Below are positions 52,084 to 64,000 of a DNA stretch of 64,000 nt, piece by piece. Both the position numbers and the translations under genes were made by a program. The DNA is from Mytilus californianus (Eukaryota). Each line of letters starts with the position of its first letter. Position 1 is the first letter of the stretch. Where the stretch lies: NCBI RefSeq assembly GCF_021869535.1, contig NW_026262723.1:17546001-17610000 (forward strand). Direction: 5' to 3'. The notes beneath the pieces were generated by a model. It was not told the origin of the DNA. It saw only the letters and a program-made list of their open reading frames with translations, and did not search any database.

Positions 52084-54492
52084 TGACCCCCCCCACAGTA
52101 CTATTCATGTAATTACGTTGATTTATGCACAAAATGATCAGAAATGTAGCTTCATGTGAATCACAATCAAAATGCAAATAATTACAAGTCATTTGCAAAT
52201 TCAGGATCCTTAAATTTTGAGAGTTTTAATATTTTAGCTGAACAGTTATACAAAAATTCTTGTTTACAAATCATGTGTATGATGAATACTTTCAATATTG
52301 CAAGAAATGTTTAGTAATACACCAAGAAATATTGCATCACTTTTCAGTCGAATTAATAAATGTTTAATAACAAAAGAAAAGGAAATATCGAATGTGCAAA
52401 TGCAAGGATCAACATTAAAGGATGATGACATCATAAGATTTAAATCTTTAAAATCAATTTTAATAGTAATAAATATATTTTTGATAACCATAGTCCTGCA
52501 CATTGTAAGATGGACAAAAATTAACAATATTCTTGTAAAATTCCATATATCTCTGCAATATCGTTTTAAAATAAACTTGTCATTTGTCATAAATGAAAAT
52601 GCAGATCAACAGTAAAATCAAAGGGATTTAAAATTACTCTTTAAACTTTTAACATTTTCTCCTTAAAAATTAGACAAAAAACCATCCTACAGTAACATTC
52701 AAACTGCTTATATCGCATCAATTTTTCTTTCATTCTAAAATTTACAATCATATAACATATTTAACAATAGAACAATCACAAAGAAACATATTTCAGTTTC
52801 AAATTTTGATCAAAGCACTAACAGTACTGTAGGCCTAGCACATGATTTCACAACAGAGACAGCACCAGATAGCACAATTAACATAAAACATTACTTTTAG
52901 CATATCCTTTTCACACACAATAAATATGAATATCATATATATATATATACAATATACTCAACAAACATTCAATATATGCTTTACAATATTCTTTTGAATT
53001 AACAGCCTAGCCTATGTATGTATAAATTATTTTCTTGCAAATGGTGACTGGTCATTTCTATTTTAATTTCATCAAGGGCTTCCTACATGTTAAATCTTTC
53101 ATGTGTTGAATCCAATTTCCTCATATAGAAAAAATGTTTGTAATTTAGATCAATTCTATGGTAACTTATCATAAAATTGAATTAGAAATGAAACATTTGC
53201 AAGAGAACTTGTTATCACATCTATAGTTTTTGCTGTAACATATAAGTGACATCACACAGATACCATGTACATAGCAGTCACACTGTTGCTTATCACATTA
53301 CACACATGTAGTTTACTACAAGGATCACAGCTTACATGACTAGTCAGATTGAAGAAGCAATCATTAGATTTAAAAAGGGGCTTTCAACTGACCTTTTTTT
53401 TATTACCTAGTTTTGAGGAAGAGACACAAAATTGGATTGAATGGTGCAAAAAACAATTTTACAAGGCTGTTAAATAGTCATTTTTTTAGCACAAGCATTA
53501 AGGTCAAAACAACCATTACTTTCTCGCTATTTTGGACTGCTTATTTTTCAATAACAAAACTCTATTTGGTTGGTAAAAACTTACTGAATGAGTCTTGTGG
53601 ACAATTTTAATGAGATCATGTTACTTAAACTGACTTGATGTTAAAATTTAAAAAAATATTTTGTGATCTAGTTTTTGTCTTTTCTATATTTTTTGTCTTT
53701 TTTCCTCGTGTTAATTGTCAAATATTGTTCTTCTTTAACAAATTTTACCCCTTTGTAGCTACTGAATTTCCCCATTAAATTCGATATTTTTATATCAATA
53801 ATTAATATAAATTATAGTAAAAATATCCAAAAGTGTCAATGAAAAGTAAATAACTAAAATATTTTAAGTTAAGTTTTTTTTTCAATCTTCTTTATTTTTC
53901 TCAAGTGAAATTACCAAATAATCATGATCAAATCAATTCATTATCACCTGGTAATATTGAACATATCACAATTGCACTTGCAAATTTTTTTTTAGTTTTT
54001 GCCGAATCATTCTTTCCACTGTCTGTTCTATAGGCAACAGGCAAATAACAGGAACATAACAAAAACAGCAGGTCATGAAACTATAATATGGAAATTATTA
54101 TAAAGTGCTTCTTTCCTTACTAATATCAACAGCTAAATCCTTTGATTGTCAAATCTTCCTGTTTACATTTCTGGTTGGTAAAATTTGAAATACAAACCAA
54201 CGTAACCCGGTATGATATTTCACAAAATAATTGTGTGGATAAGTATACTTTAGAATATCTTTATCACATAATATCCTTTTAAATCTTATATATACTGTTA
54301 AGTTAATTTTTATTTGGGGGTCAGAAATATTCTAAAGTATGCAGGCACATTTTTTTTTTATAATTTCTAACCAGTACTGGCCCAGTGATCACATTTTTTA
54401 CTAGCTACTGGCCACAGTGACCTCAAATGAATTTTTACTGACCATAGCCATGATTATAAGAATTCCTCAATTTGAAAATAATCTAAATGAGT

Positions 54493-55449
54493 CTATGCAA
54501 ATTCTGGCTGAAACTGAAGGTACTGAATCAGTCTGTTTGGCAATGGCAACCGCTGTATTATATCAGGGTACTGGAACTGTTGCAATATCCGGATACGACA
54601 TCGGTTCTGCAGACTGCCAGCCGTGGGTAGTTTGTAAATCTGTAAATGGTCATATTGTGTTTCTTTGTCATTTAAAACTATTGCCATTCTACTACCACAG
54701 TTTGAAAATATTGGAAGGTAATTGACGGGACAAGAATGTATTGCACAAATGAAGCGATTGTACTGGATACAATGAAGAGTTTGTGTTGTGTCAGCATTGA
54801 ATATATAAACACAAACATCAACTGGCTGCATGCGTCGTGCTCTTTTTTCACGACAACAACAACCTGCTCCACTCGAAACCATAATGGCAAAGATAAGATA
54901 GCCATCTTTGGCAAAGAATATATCTTTTAAATGTGGATTTAGACTAGAATGCATATCATCAACTCGTGGATTTGTACGCAGCACCGACCACGAATCTGTC
55001 TGCACCAAACTTAAACTGTTATCCTCTCCTCGTAGAAAACTTGTGGCAGCTATTCTAGATGAACTGAATCTTGGATCAAATGCAAATAAACTATGATGAA
55101 ATGGCAGAGTGACCTCCCTTATCAGCTCTCGCTTCTTGAGACAAAATAACTGGAAGACAAATGCACTGTTATTGTCTGATTTTATGCTTGGAATTTTAAT
55201 CAGGCACACGGTTCCATCAGGACTTATCTCCCCTCGCAAGGCCTCATTCACAAATTCAACATTCTTTTTACCAAACACGCCTAGGAATTTGTTTGTTTCC
55301 AAGTCAATAACACCAAATTGTGTCATCATGTTTCTGACTAGATGAAGAACGACTGTTGACTCATGATAGCATAAAACACTTTTGACATGAAAGTTTTGAA
55401 TAGATGAGAGTTGTGCAGGAATATGATTGTACTCAAAATGTTCCGCCAT
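54493..55449 (-). CDS. SOCS-box protein with beta-rich, propeller-like N-terminal region (putative Elongin BC-Cullin5 substrate receptor), 318 aa from MAEHF
   Basis: C-terminal SLQNRCRIRILQQF...IIQRLPLPNRLIQYLQF fits the BC-box (SLQxLCRxxI) and Cul5-box (LPLP). Repeated blade-like motifs (GEISPDGT, FAFDPRF, FFAKDGYL, IFSNCGSRMAI). Acceptor TTTCCGTAG at 55469-55477 then AAGATGG, so the first 42 codons of the 360-aa ORF are probably intronic. Confidence 0.85.
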   Translation of the reverse strand: MAEHFEYNHIPAQLSSIQNFHVKSVLCYHESTVVLHLVRNMMTQFGVIDLETNKFLGVFGKKNVEFVNEALRGEISPDGTVCLIKIPSIKSDNNSAFVFQLFCLKKRELIREVTLPFHHSLFAFDPRFSSSRIAATSFLRGEDNSLSLVQTDSWSVLRTNPRVDDMHSSLNPHLKDIFFAKDGYLIFAIMVSSGAGCCCREKRARRMQPVDVCVYIFNADTTQTLHCIQYNRFICAIHSCPVNYLPIFSNCGSRMAIVLNDKETQYDHLQIYKLPTAGSLQNRCRIRILQQFQYPDIIQRLPLPNRLIQYLQFQPEFA

Positions 55450-57625
55450 CTTGGTGAACTTGTTGCGTCTACGGAAACTGAACAGTGAATGAGATTTGTT
55501 AAGATTGATGATACCCTGGCGGCTAATACAAAACGTAGGACTACAGTCTTTGAACACAACTCCATTGCATGACATTGTGGTCTCTGAAAATCCAGCAGCC
55601 TCTGAAACAGAACGATATTCACTGAATTATATTGAAAAAGAAGTAAGTACACATAAAAATGTACATTGTGTTATGTCAGCTCTAAAACGCAAAAATATAC
55701 ACAAAATATTTTTTTGAAAAACATGTGGACGCATAGAAATGTACAATGTGTTATTGACTGAATAAAATAGTCTTTTAATAGCTAACAGCTTCTAAAATAG
55801 AAAGGTAATCACTGCAGACTACATATGATTTAAATGCAAAACACAAGTGAGGACACATAGAAATGTAAAGTGAATCATGACTTAAGTACAAGTCGCCAAT
55901 AGCAAACAGCTTCTTAAACATACACTGAATGAAAATCACTGCAGATTACATATAGTTTAAATGCAAAACAAGTATGGACACATAGAAATATACGCTTTGC
56001 TATTTGCAGAATAAAATGTCTCTGAAAAGCCAACAGCTTCTGAAACAGAAATTAAGACTTGATCTGAATGAGTATTCATAACAAGTTTGGACAAAATGAA
56101 TATACCTACTCTGAAAATCCATAAACTTCTATAACAGAGATATATATTACTAATTAGAGTATATAGAGCCTGATAAACGTCCTGCTCCTGAGTGCAACTC
56201 TTGCCTAATTATTTTAGCCTAAGATTAATAAGTAATTTGTTTCCAATATTAACAAAATTTTATTTACAATTTCTTGTGTCAAATCATCCTGCAAACCAAA
56301 TAATGTCATGAACAGTTGGGATGACAAATTATTGTTCCTTTTCCCATTGCATAAACCCAAAAAATTTAGTTTTTTAAAATAATTTGGGACAGAAAATTTT
56401 TTTTCATCTGCTTTCAATAAGAGTGGCCTCTCTTGGAAATTTTTATGGTTTTAGTTAAGCAGCAATCTACTAATCAATTTATTATTTTAGAGAAAAAAAA
56501 ATTCATTTACTTAAAACTGTTTAGTCATTTTTATTTTAAAGTTTATAGCCTTTAAAGATTTAGATAAATATATATCATTTCCTGTACAATAGGATAACAG
56601 ATTGTGGCCTTGACTTACTTGATATGCAATCATTTATCTTTATGAAATTTCAAAATGAAATAAAACATATTTATGTAAATGAAACAATCCATATGCACAT
56701 GCCTCCTGGTAATTGTATGTTAAATGACAATTATGACAAAAACAGTTATATAGCACTCCTTACTTTTTCTAGAAACACAATTTATCAAAAAGGTCGAGCA
56801 ATTAATCAGTAAAAACTAGTTTACTTTACACCTGTGTATTGGTTTAATTTCTACAGAACAATGTTATAAACAAGCAGTTAAATCTTAAACCTTTATTCTA
56901 TATAGAATTAATAAAGAATGTAAATCACTATAATTCTGATAAAAATTAAGAAAATTGATATTAACAGTAAAATGGGTCTGTCTTTCATAATTGGACTTAT
57001 TTTTTTCGTGGTTTTCATTTTGGCCTTGGACAGTTTTGATAATCTGATTTTGTCATTTTAGACTAAAATGCGATTTTAATTTTTGCGATATTGAGAAAAA
57101 TCCTGTTTAATTCATATAAAAAAAAAATTAAATGCGAGTTTAAATTATTGCGATTATAACCCTGTCGCATTTTTCGCAATAATAAAAAGATCGTAATAAT
57201 TTCTGAATTTACAGTAACATCATCCTTAATTAAACAGTACATATATATAGGACCCATTATAGCATCCTTCAGATCACCCTAACACAAACCTCCCATCATT
57301 ATCATCTACAGTTAAAAATGAAAATTGTGTTTGAAGAGTTGATATCATGAAAGATTAGTTCTTCAGGTCTCTATCACGTGTCACTTCACATTTTTCAAGT
57401 ATGAATGATGAACTCTTCACAACAAAATACATTTATCATTGATCTACTTAAATCATTCAGTTGGTTATCACATTATAAAATTTATAGTTTCATTGTTTTC
57501 TCATTGATAATTTGATGACAATTTGATTTTTTCAACTTCCTTAAAAATTTTCATTTACACAACTTTTACAGTCATTTCAATCAATCATAACTCACTTCAC
57601 ATAAACATGATAAATATTATCTTAA

Positions 57626-59872
57626 ATGTGTGCAGAACCAACTTTCAGTAACTTCATGGATGTGTGCAAACCAACTTTCAGTAACTTTATGAATGTGTGC
57701 AAGACCAACTTAAAGTAATTTCCTGGATGTGTGCAAAACCAACTTTCAGTAACTCCATGGATGTGTGCAAAACCAACTTTCAGTAACTCCATGGATGTGT
57801 GCAAAACCAACTTTCAGTAACTCCATGGATGTGTGCAAAACCAACTTTCAGTAACTTCATGGATGTGTGCAAAACCAACTTTCAGTAACTTCATAGATGT
57901 GTGCAAAACCAACTTTCAGTAACATCATGGATGTGTGCAAGACCAACTTTCAGTAACATCATGGATGTGTGCAAAACCAACTTTCAGTAACTTCATGGAT
58001 GTGTGCAAAACCAACTTCACGTAACTCCATGAATGTGTGCAAAACCAACTTTCAGTAACTCCATGGATGTGTGCAAAACCAACTTAAAGTAATTTCATGG
58101 ATGTGTGCAAAACCAACTTTCAGTAACTCCATGGATGTGTGCAAAACCAACTTTCAGTAACTTCATAGATGTGTGCAAAACCAACTTTCAGTAACTTCAT
58201 GAATGTGTGCAAGACCAACTTAAAGTAATTTCATGGATGTGTGCAAGACCCACTTGGAGTCATTTCATGGATGTGTGCAAAACCAACTTTCAGTTACTTC
58301 ATTGATGTGTGCAAAACCAACTTAAAGTAATTTCATGGATGTGTGCAAGACCAACTTGGAGTAATTTCATGGATGTGTGCAAAACCAACTTTCAGTAACT
58401 TCATAGATGTGTGCAAAACCAAGTTTCAGTAAATTCATGGATGTGTGCAAAACCAACTTTCAGTAACTTCATTGATGTGTGCAAAACCAACTTAAAGTAA
58501 TTTCATGGATGTGTGCAAGACCAACTTGGAGTAATTTCATGGATGTGTGCAAAACCAACTTTCAGTAACTTCATAGATGTGTGCAAAACCAACTTTCAGT
58601 AACTTCATGAATGTGTGCAAACCAACTTTCAGTAACTTTATAAATGTGTGCAAGAGTAGACCAACTTAAAGTAATTGCATGGATGTGTGCAAAACCAACT
58701 TTCAGTAACTTCATGGATGTGTGCAAAACCAACTTTCAGTAACTTCATGGATGTGTGCAAAACCAACTTTCAGTAACTTCACTGATGTGTGCAAGACCAA
58801 CTTAAAGTAATTTCATGGATGTGTGCAAAACCAACTTTCAGTAACTTCATGGATGTGTGCAAAACCAACTTTCAGTAACTTCATGGATGTGTGCAATACC
58901 AACTTTTAGTAACTTTATGGATGTGTAATACCAACTTTCAGTAACTTCATGGATGTGTGCAAAACCAACTTTCAGTAACTTAATGAATGTGTGCAAGACC
59001 AACTTAAAGTAATTTCATTGATGTGTGCAAAACCAACTTTCAGTAACTCCATGGATGTGTGCAAGACCAACTTTCAGTAACTTCATAGATGTGTACAAAA
59101 CCAACTTTCAGTAACTTCATGGATGTGTGCAAAACCAACTTTCAGTAACTTCAAAGATGTGTGCAAAACCAACTTTCAGTAACATCATGGATGTGTGCAA
59201 AACCAACTTTCAGTAACTTCATGGATGTGTGCAAAACCAACTTCCAGTAACTCCATGAATGTGTGCAAAACCAACTTTCAGTAACTCCATGGATGTGTGC
59301 AAGACCAACTTAAAGTAATTTCATGGATGTGTGCAAGACCAACTTGGAGTCATTTCATGGATGTGTGCAAAACCAACTTTCAGTTACTTCATTGATGTGT
59401 GCAAAACCAACTTAAAGTAATTTCATGGATGTGTGCAAGACCAACTTGGAGTAATTTCATGGATGTGTGCAAAACCAACTTTCAGTAACTTCAAAGATGT
59501 GTGCAAAACCAAGTTTCAGTAACTTCATGGATGTGTGCAAAACCAACTTTCAGTAACTTCATGAATGTGTGCAAACCAACTTTCAGTAACTTTATGAACG
59601 TGTGCAAGACCAACTTAAAGTAATTTCATGGATGTGTGCAAAACCAACTTTCAGTAACTTCATGGATGTGTGCAAAACCAACTTTCAGTAACTTCATGGA
59701 TGTGTGCAAAACCAACTTTCAGTAACTTCATTGATGTGTGCAAAACCAACTTAAAGTAATTTCATGGATGTGTGCAAAACCAACTTTCAGTAATTTCATG
59801 GATGTGTGCAAAACCAATTTCAGTAACTTCATGGATGTGTGCAAAACCAACTTTCAGTAACTTCATAGATGT
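57626..59872. repeat. 34-bp minisatellite, about 66 copies, several sequence variants
   Basis: Unit AAAACCAACTTTCAGTAACTTCATGGATGTGTGC; variants TTAAAGTAATTTC and TTGGAGTAATTTC. Confidence 0.97.
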
Positions 59873-60079
59873 TTGACAGTAACAGAGACCCTTAAAACTG
59901 GCATTTGATTAAAGAGCAAATTCTATTGGCTTTAATTTCATCTTAAAGTGATTTTTTTTTAAATTTTGGTATCATCCCCCAATTTCAATAAATTAGAAAG
60001 AGAAACAGTATTAAAAGATTTTTTATAGTCTGTTTAATTTAGACATAGGGGCGATATAGAGCTTGATAAAGTTTATAGA

Positions 60080-61594
60080 CACTTGTCTATTGTCCATGTC
60101 CACAGGCACTCGTCTATTGTCCATGTCCACAGGCACTCGTCTATTGTCCATGTCCACAGGCACTCGTCTATTGTCCATGGACACAGGCACTCGTCTATTG
60201 TCCATGGACACAGGCACTCGTCTATTGTCCATGGACACAGGCACTCGTCTATTGTCCATGTCCACAGGCACTCGTCTATTGTCCATGTCCACAGGCACTC
60301 GTCTATTGTCCATGGACACAGGCACTCGTCTATTGTCCATGGACACAGGCACTCGTCTATTGTCCATGGACACAGGCACTCGTCTATTGTCCATGGACAC
60401 AGGCACTCGTCTATTGTCCATGGACACAGGCACTCGTCTATTGTCCATGGACACAGGCACTCGTCTATTGTCCATGTCCACAGGCACTCGTCTATTGTCC
60501 ATGGACACAGGCACTCGTCTATTGTCCATGGACACAGGCACTCGTCTATTGTCCATGGACACAGGCACTCGTCTATTGTCCATGGACACAGGCACTCGTC
60601 TATTGTCCATGTCCACAGGCACTCGTCTATTGTCCATGTCCACAGGCACTCGTCTATTGTCCATGTCCACAGGCACTCGTCTATTGTCCATGGACACAGG
60701 CACTCGTCTATTGTCCATGGACACAGGCACTCGTCTATTGTCCATGGACACAGGCACTCGTCTATTGTCCATGGACACAGGCACTCGTCTATTGTCCATG
60801 TCCACAGGCACTCGTCTATTGTCCATGGACACAGGCACTCGTCTATTGTCCATGGACACAGGCACTCGTCTATTGTCCATGGACACAGGCACTCGTCTAT
60901 TGTCCATGTCCACAGGCACTCGTCTATTGTCCATGGACACAGGCACTCGTCTATTGTCCATGTCCACAGGCACTCGTCTATTGTCCATGTCCACAGGCAC
61001 TCGTCTATTGTCCATGGACACAGGCACTCGTCTATTGTCCATGGACACAGGCACTCGTCTATTGTCCATGGACACAGGCACTCGTCTATTGTCCATGGAC
61101 ACAGGCACTCGTCTATTGTCCATGGACACAGGCACTCGTCTATTGTCCATGTCCACAGGCACTCGTCTATTGTCCATGTCCACAGGCACTCGTCTATTGT
61201 CCATGGACACAGGCACTCGTCTATTGTCCATGGACACAGGCACTCGTCTATTGTCCATGGACACAGGCACTCGTCTATTGTCCATGGACACAGGCACTCG
61301 TCTATTGTCCATGGACACAGGCACTCGTCTATTGTCCATGTCCACAGGCACTCGTCTATTGTCCATGGACACAGGCACTCGTCTATTGTCCATGGACACA
61401 GGCACTCGTCTATTGTCCATGGACACAGGCACTCGTCTATTGTCCATGTCCACAGGCACTCGTCTATTGTCCATGGACACAGGCACTCGTCTATTGTCCA
61501 TGGACACAGGCACTCGTCTATTGTCCATGGACACAGGCACTCGTCTATTGTCCATGGACACAGGCACTCGTCTATTGTCCATGGACACAGGCAC
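60080..61594. repeat. 27-bp minisatellite, 56 copies, two variants
   Basis: Unit CACTCGTCTATTGTCCATG(TC/GA)CACAGG; 17 TC-type and 39 GA-type units, counted from the ORF translation (S vs D). Confidence 0.98.
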
Positions 61595-61692
61595 ATGTCT
61601 CAGAAAAATGTTTTCCTGTATACCTTTATATATTACATGTTATATAAAGGTATATAGGAAATTTTTTTCTGAGATGAATGCCTGTGTCCATG
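61580..61692. repeat. Imperfect foldback whose left arm is the last minisatellite unit
   Basis: CATGGACACAGGCAC-ATGTCTCAGAAAAA..TTTCCTGTATACCTTTATATA / TATATAAAGGTATATAGGAAA..TTTTTCTGAGATGAATGCCTGTGTCCATG. Confidence 0.85.
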
Positions 61693-62287
61693 TCCTTTGA
61701 TTTTCTGTGTTGATAGGTTGCTGCATCATTGACATATACCAACACATCCCTTTCTATTCATATTATAAACTTCCACCCTCATTGATTTCTGCTTTAAATG
61801 CTAAATATAGCTGACTACATCCGCTGTAGGTTCCGATTAACGTAAATCTCCATTGATTATAGTTTTAAGTTCAAATTGAAAGTGTATCAAATAGTATGGA
61901 TTGTTTTTTATCATGTAAAGTTTGTACGTCAGTCATTTATCTCAAAACACTTCAAATTTGTTAAGTATGTTTGATGGAAGTCTCTCAACAACTAAATTCA
62001 GTTAGCATTGATCTATATCACAAATGTTGTCATTATCAAATATTATTTTGTTTTGTATTCAAATTGATTTTGAGGACAATATTTTAAAGAACATCAGGCT
62101 CCCTTTAATCACAACTTCCTTGAATATTGAGATTTAAAATTTTTTACAATGGTTTTAATGAATGGTTTTTAGTTAACAATAAAAAGAAACATTTTCTGCT
62201 TGAAAAATTTTACAAAACTATTTTGTAGATTATTTGAGTAACTGTTTTAAAGCTGTCACTTGTTTAATATTTACTTGCAACACTATA

Positions 62288-62428
62288 TAAATAACACATA
62301 GCTGAGAGAGTGATAGAGCCGATTGTTACCACAAGAAAACATTGTCAACCGCCGCGAAGCCAAGGTTGACAATGTCTTTTCGAGGGGTAACAATCTGATC
62401 TATCACCCTCTCAGCTATGTGTTATTTA
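62288..62428. mobile_element. Palindromic MITE-like element (141-bp hairpin)
   Basis: TAAATAACACATAGCTGAGAG..GTGATAGA...GATTGTTACC...ACATTGTCAACC / GGTTGACAATGT...GGTAACAATC...TCTATCAC.CTCTCAGCTATGTGTTATTTA, with central GCCGCGAAGCCAA. Confidence 0.82.
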
Positions 62429-62984
62429 CTTTATTATACTGAATGTTCAGTTATTACTGTCTATTAAATTTCAAAGTAATAAACTATGACGTCCCAGTAA
62501 AGCGCACATTTGATCAAGCGTCTCCTTGAAAGGTAATAGAGTCTTTGCCATGGGATAGAGTAAATTGTCTACCTCGTATTAACCCATCAGAATCCTGCAT
62601 TTTCACATGAAGTATAATAAAAATATATGTCTGTAGGATTCACAATGCCCCACTCTCAGTTTCATATTTCCATGGTCAGTCAACTGTGAAAATCATTAGG
62701 TCAAAACCCTTACTTGGCATATATTTTTTTTAAGTTAAAAACATAATGAGGAAGTTTACTAAGTTTTAAGTTGATGACTGACCACAACATCATGGTACAC
62801 TACCATAAATGAAAACTTGACCTTAAGACCGATGGACGGACTAATGGACTGTCAAATGAACATACTGGAGAACATAATACCCCCTACTATTGTAAGCAGG
62901 CCATAACAATAAATATTCAAGGTCATATATTTTGTAATTCACTGGTATTCAGGTAAATGTCAATGAGAAAAAAGGTTAATCAAA

Positions 62985-63200
62985 GATACCTGGCATGCAG
63001 GCTTCTAAATTTGTATGCCAGACGCATGTTTCATCCACAAAAGACTTATCAAAGATACCAGGTTTCTAAACTTGTATGCCAGACGCATGTTTCATCCACA
63101 AAAAACTCATCAGTACAGATGCTCTAATCAAGAAAGTTAAAAGGCCAAATCAAGTACAAAGTGGAAGTGCACTGAGGAACCAAATTTCAAAAAATTAGAC
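62985..63200 (-). mobile_element. Degenerate hammerhead-bearing repeat (family of 12350-12500 and 19512-19922), with local duplication of about 60 bp
   Basis: Minus strand CTGATGA GTT TTTTGTG GAT GAAA CATGCG TC TGGCAT at about 63076-63115, followed on + by AAAAGGCCAAAT.AAGTAC.AAGT.GAAG.GCA.TGAGGA.CCAAA.TTC. Confidence 0.65.
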
Positions 63201-64000
63201 AACTTATTCCTGTCTATCGATGAACCTGGTTGCTTGGCTCTCTCGTCTGCCATCTGTGTAACTTTTTACCCATGATACATCTATTTATGTGAAGGATAGG
63301 TAAACAGTGAAGTCTAAGAATCAGACAATATTGCAAAAGCGTGATTGGAAAAATATGTGCATGGATGAATACAGAATCAGATCTGATTCATAATTAGTCA
63401 TAGTTTCAAAAACAGTATTGATTTTAATTTCTTATGATAAATTCAGAATTATTGGATTCACAAAAATAAAAACTTGCATTTCAAATTGTGATATATTCCT
63501 TGAATAATTAATCTTTGTAATTTTGTCATTTTTGTTCAACAATCACAATTATAAATGTACATCAAAATTTCTGTAAATATTTGATCTGATGCCTGACGAT
63601 ATAAAATTTAAAGAATGCACTGCAATTTGACAATTATATAAGAGGGAACTCAATAAACATAAAATTTACTTAATCTTTAAGGATATATGTTCTACCAGGC
63701 CTACATAACTAAAGCACTAAGGTAACTATCTCAGAACTGGTACAAAACATGCATAATATTAGAAGTTTGACATGCAAAGGTGGCAAAAGTAATTAGGTCT
63801 CCTCTGAGCTGTGATGAAGGTGATTTTTTAAATGTGACATTATGACACTGATGTAACAGAACCTAATTGATGACAATATTTCAGGGTGTAGAAATATCCC
63901 CTTGCATTGCATAAGTCTATGCATAATTAACCATGTATGTAGCTCTATAAAAGGGGGCCGAGGCCCCTCTAAATCTTCCACTGATTAAATAACAAAACCA

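Noticed and set aside
55450-55575. N-terminal 42 aa of the 360-aa SOCS-box ORF
   Set aside because: A pyrimidine-rich acceptor (TTTCCGTAG) precedes a better-context ATG at 55449, so this stretch is probably intron.
57626-59872. CRISPR array (34-bp repeat length)
   Set aside because: Repeats are head-to-tail with no unique spacers, there are no cas genes, and the context is eukaryotic.
60023-61700. Four ORFs over 500 aa (MDNRRVPVS, TRLLSMDTG, CLCPWTIDE, HRHSSIVHG repeats)
   Set aside because: The 27-bp unit is stop-free in five of six frames, so long ORFs are expected. There are no synonymous variants and no credible unique flanking protein sequence. Expression would need RNA or peptide evidence.

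Overview
AT-rich, repeat-dense eukaryotic DNA. It is inferred to be a bivalve mollusc, probably a Mytilus-type mussel, from its repeat families and gene content. There is one assembly gap (34507-34636). Two credible protein-coding genes are present, both on the minus strand, both with an intronless CDS and a splice acceptor just upstream of the ATG. (1) 10535-12077 encodes TIR domain - about 170 aa unassigned domain - BIR - BIR with no RING, a TIR-fused inhibitor-of-apoptosis protein. It is split by one extra A in an A7 run inside BIR1; removing that base gives 513 aa with two exact CX2CX16HX6C zinc motifs. (2) 54493-55449 encodes a beta-rich (propeller-like) protein with a C-terminal SOCS box. 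A tandem segmental duplication at about 1.8-9.8 kb may hold decayed TIR-like paralogues. The rest is mobile and repetitive DNA: Penelope-like (Naiad-type) RT remnants; several short Penelope/retrozyme-like elements carrying minimal type I hammerhead ribozymes (one with a fully intact core at 17969-18010) and a shared, covarying pseudoknot-like motif; a non-autonomous CACTA element with its TSD; nested Helentron-type (HINE) elements; MITEs; a CR1/L2-type LINE fragment; and 77, 60, 34 and 27 bp tandem arrays. The 27 bp array is strictly two-state and ends inside a foldback. All calls were made by eye and no database search was run.
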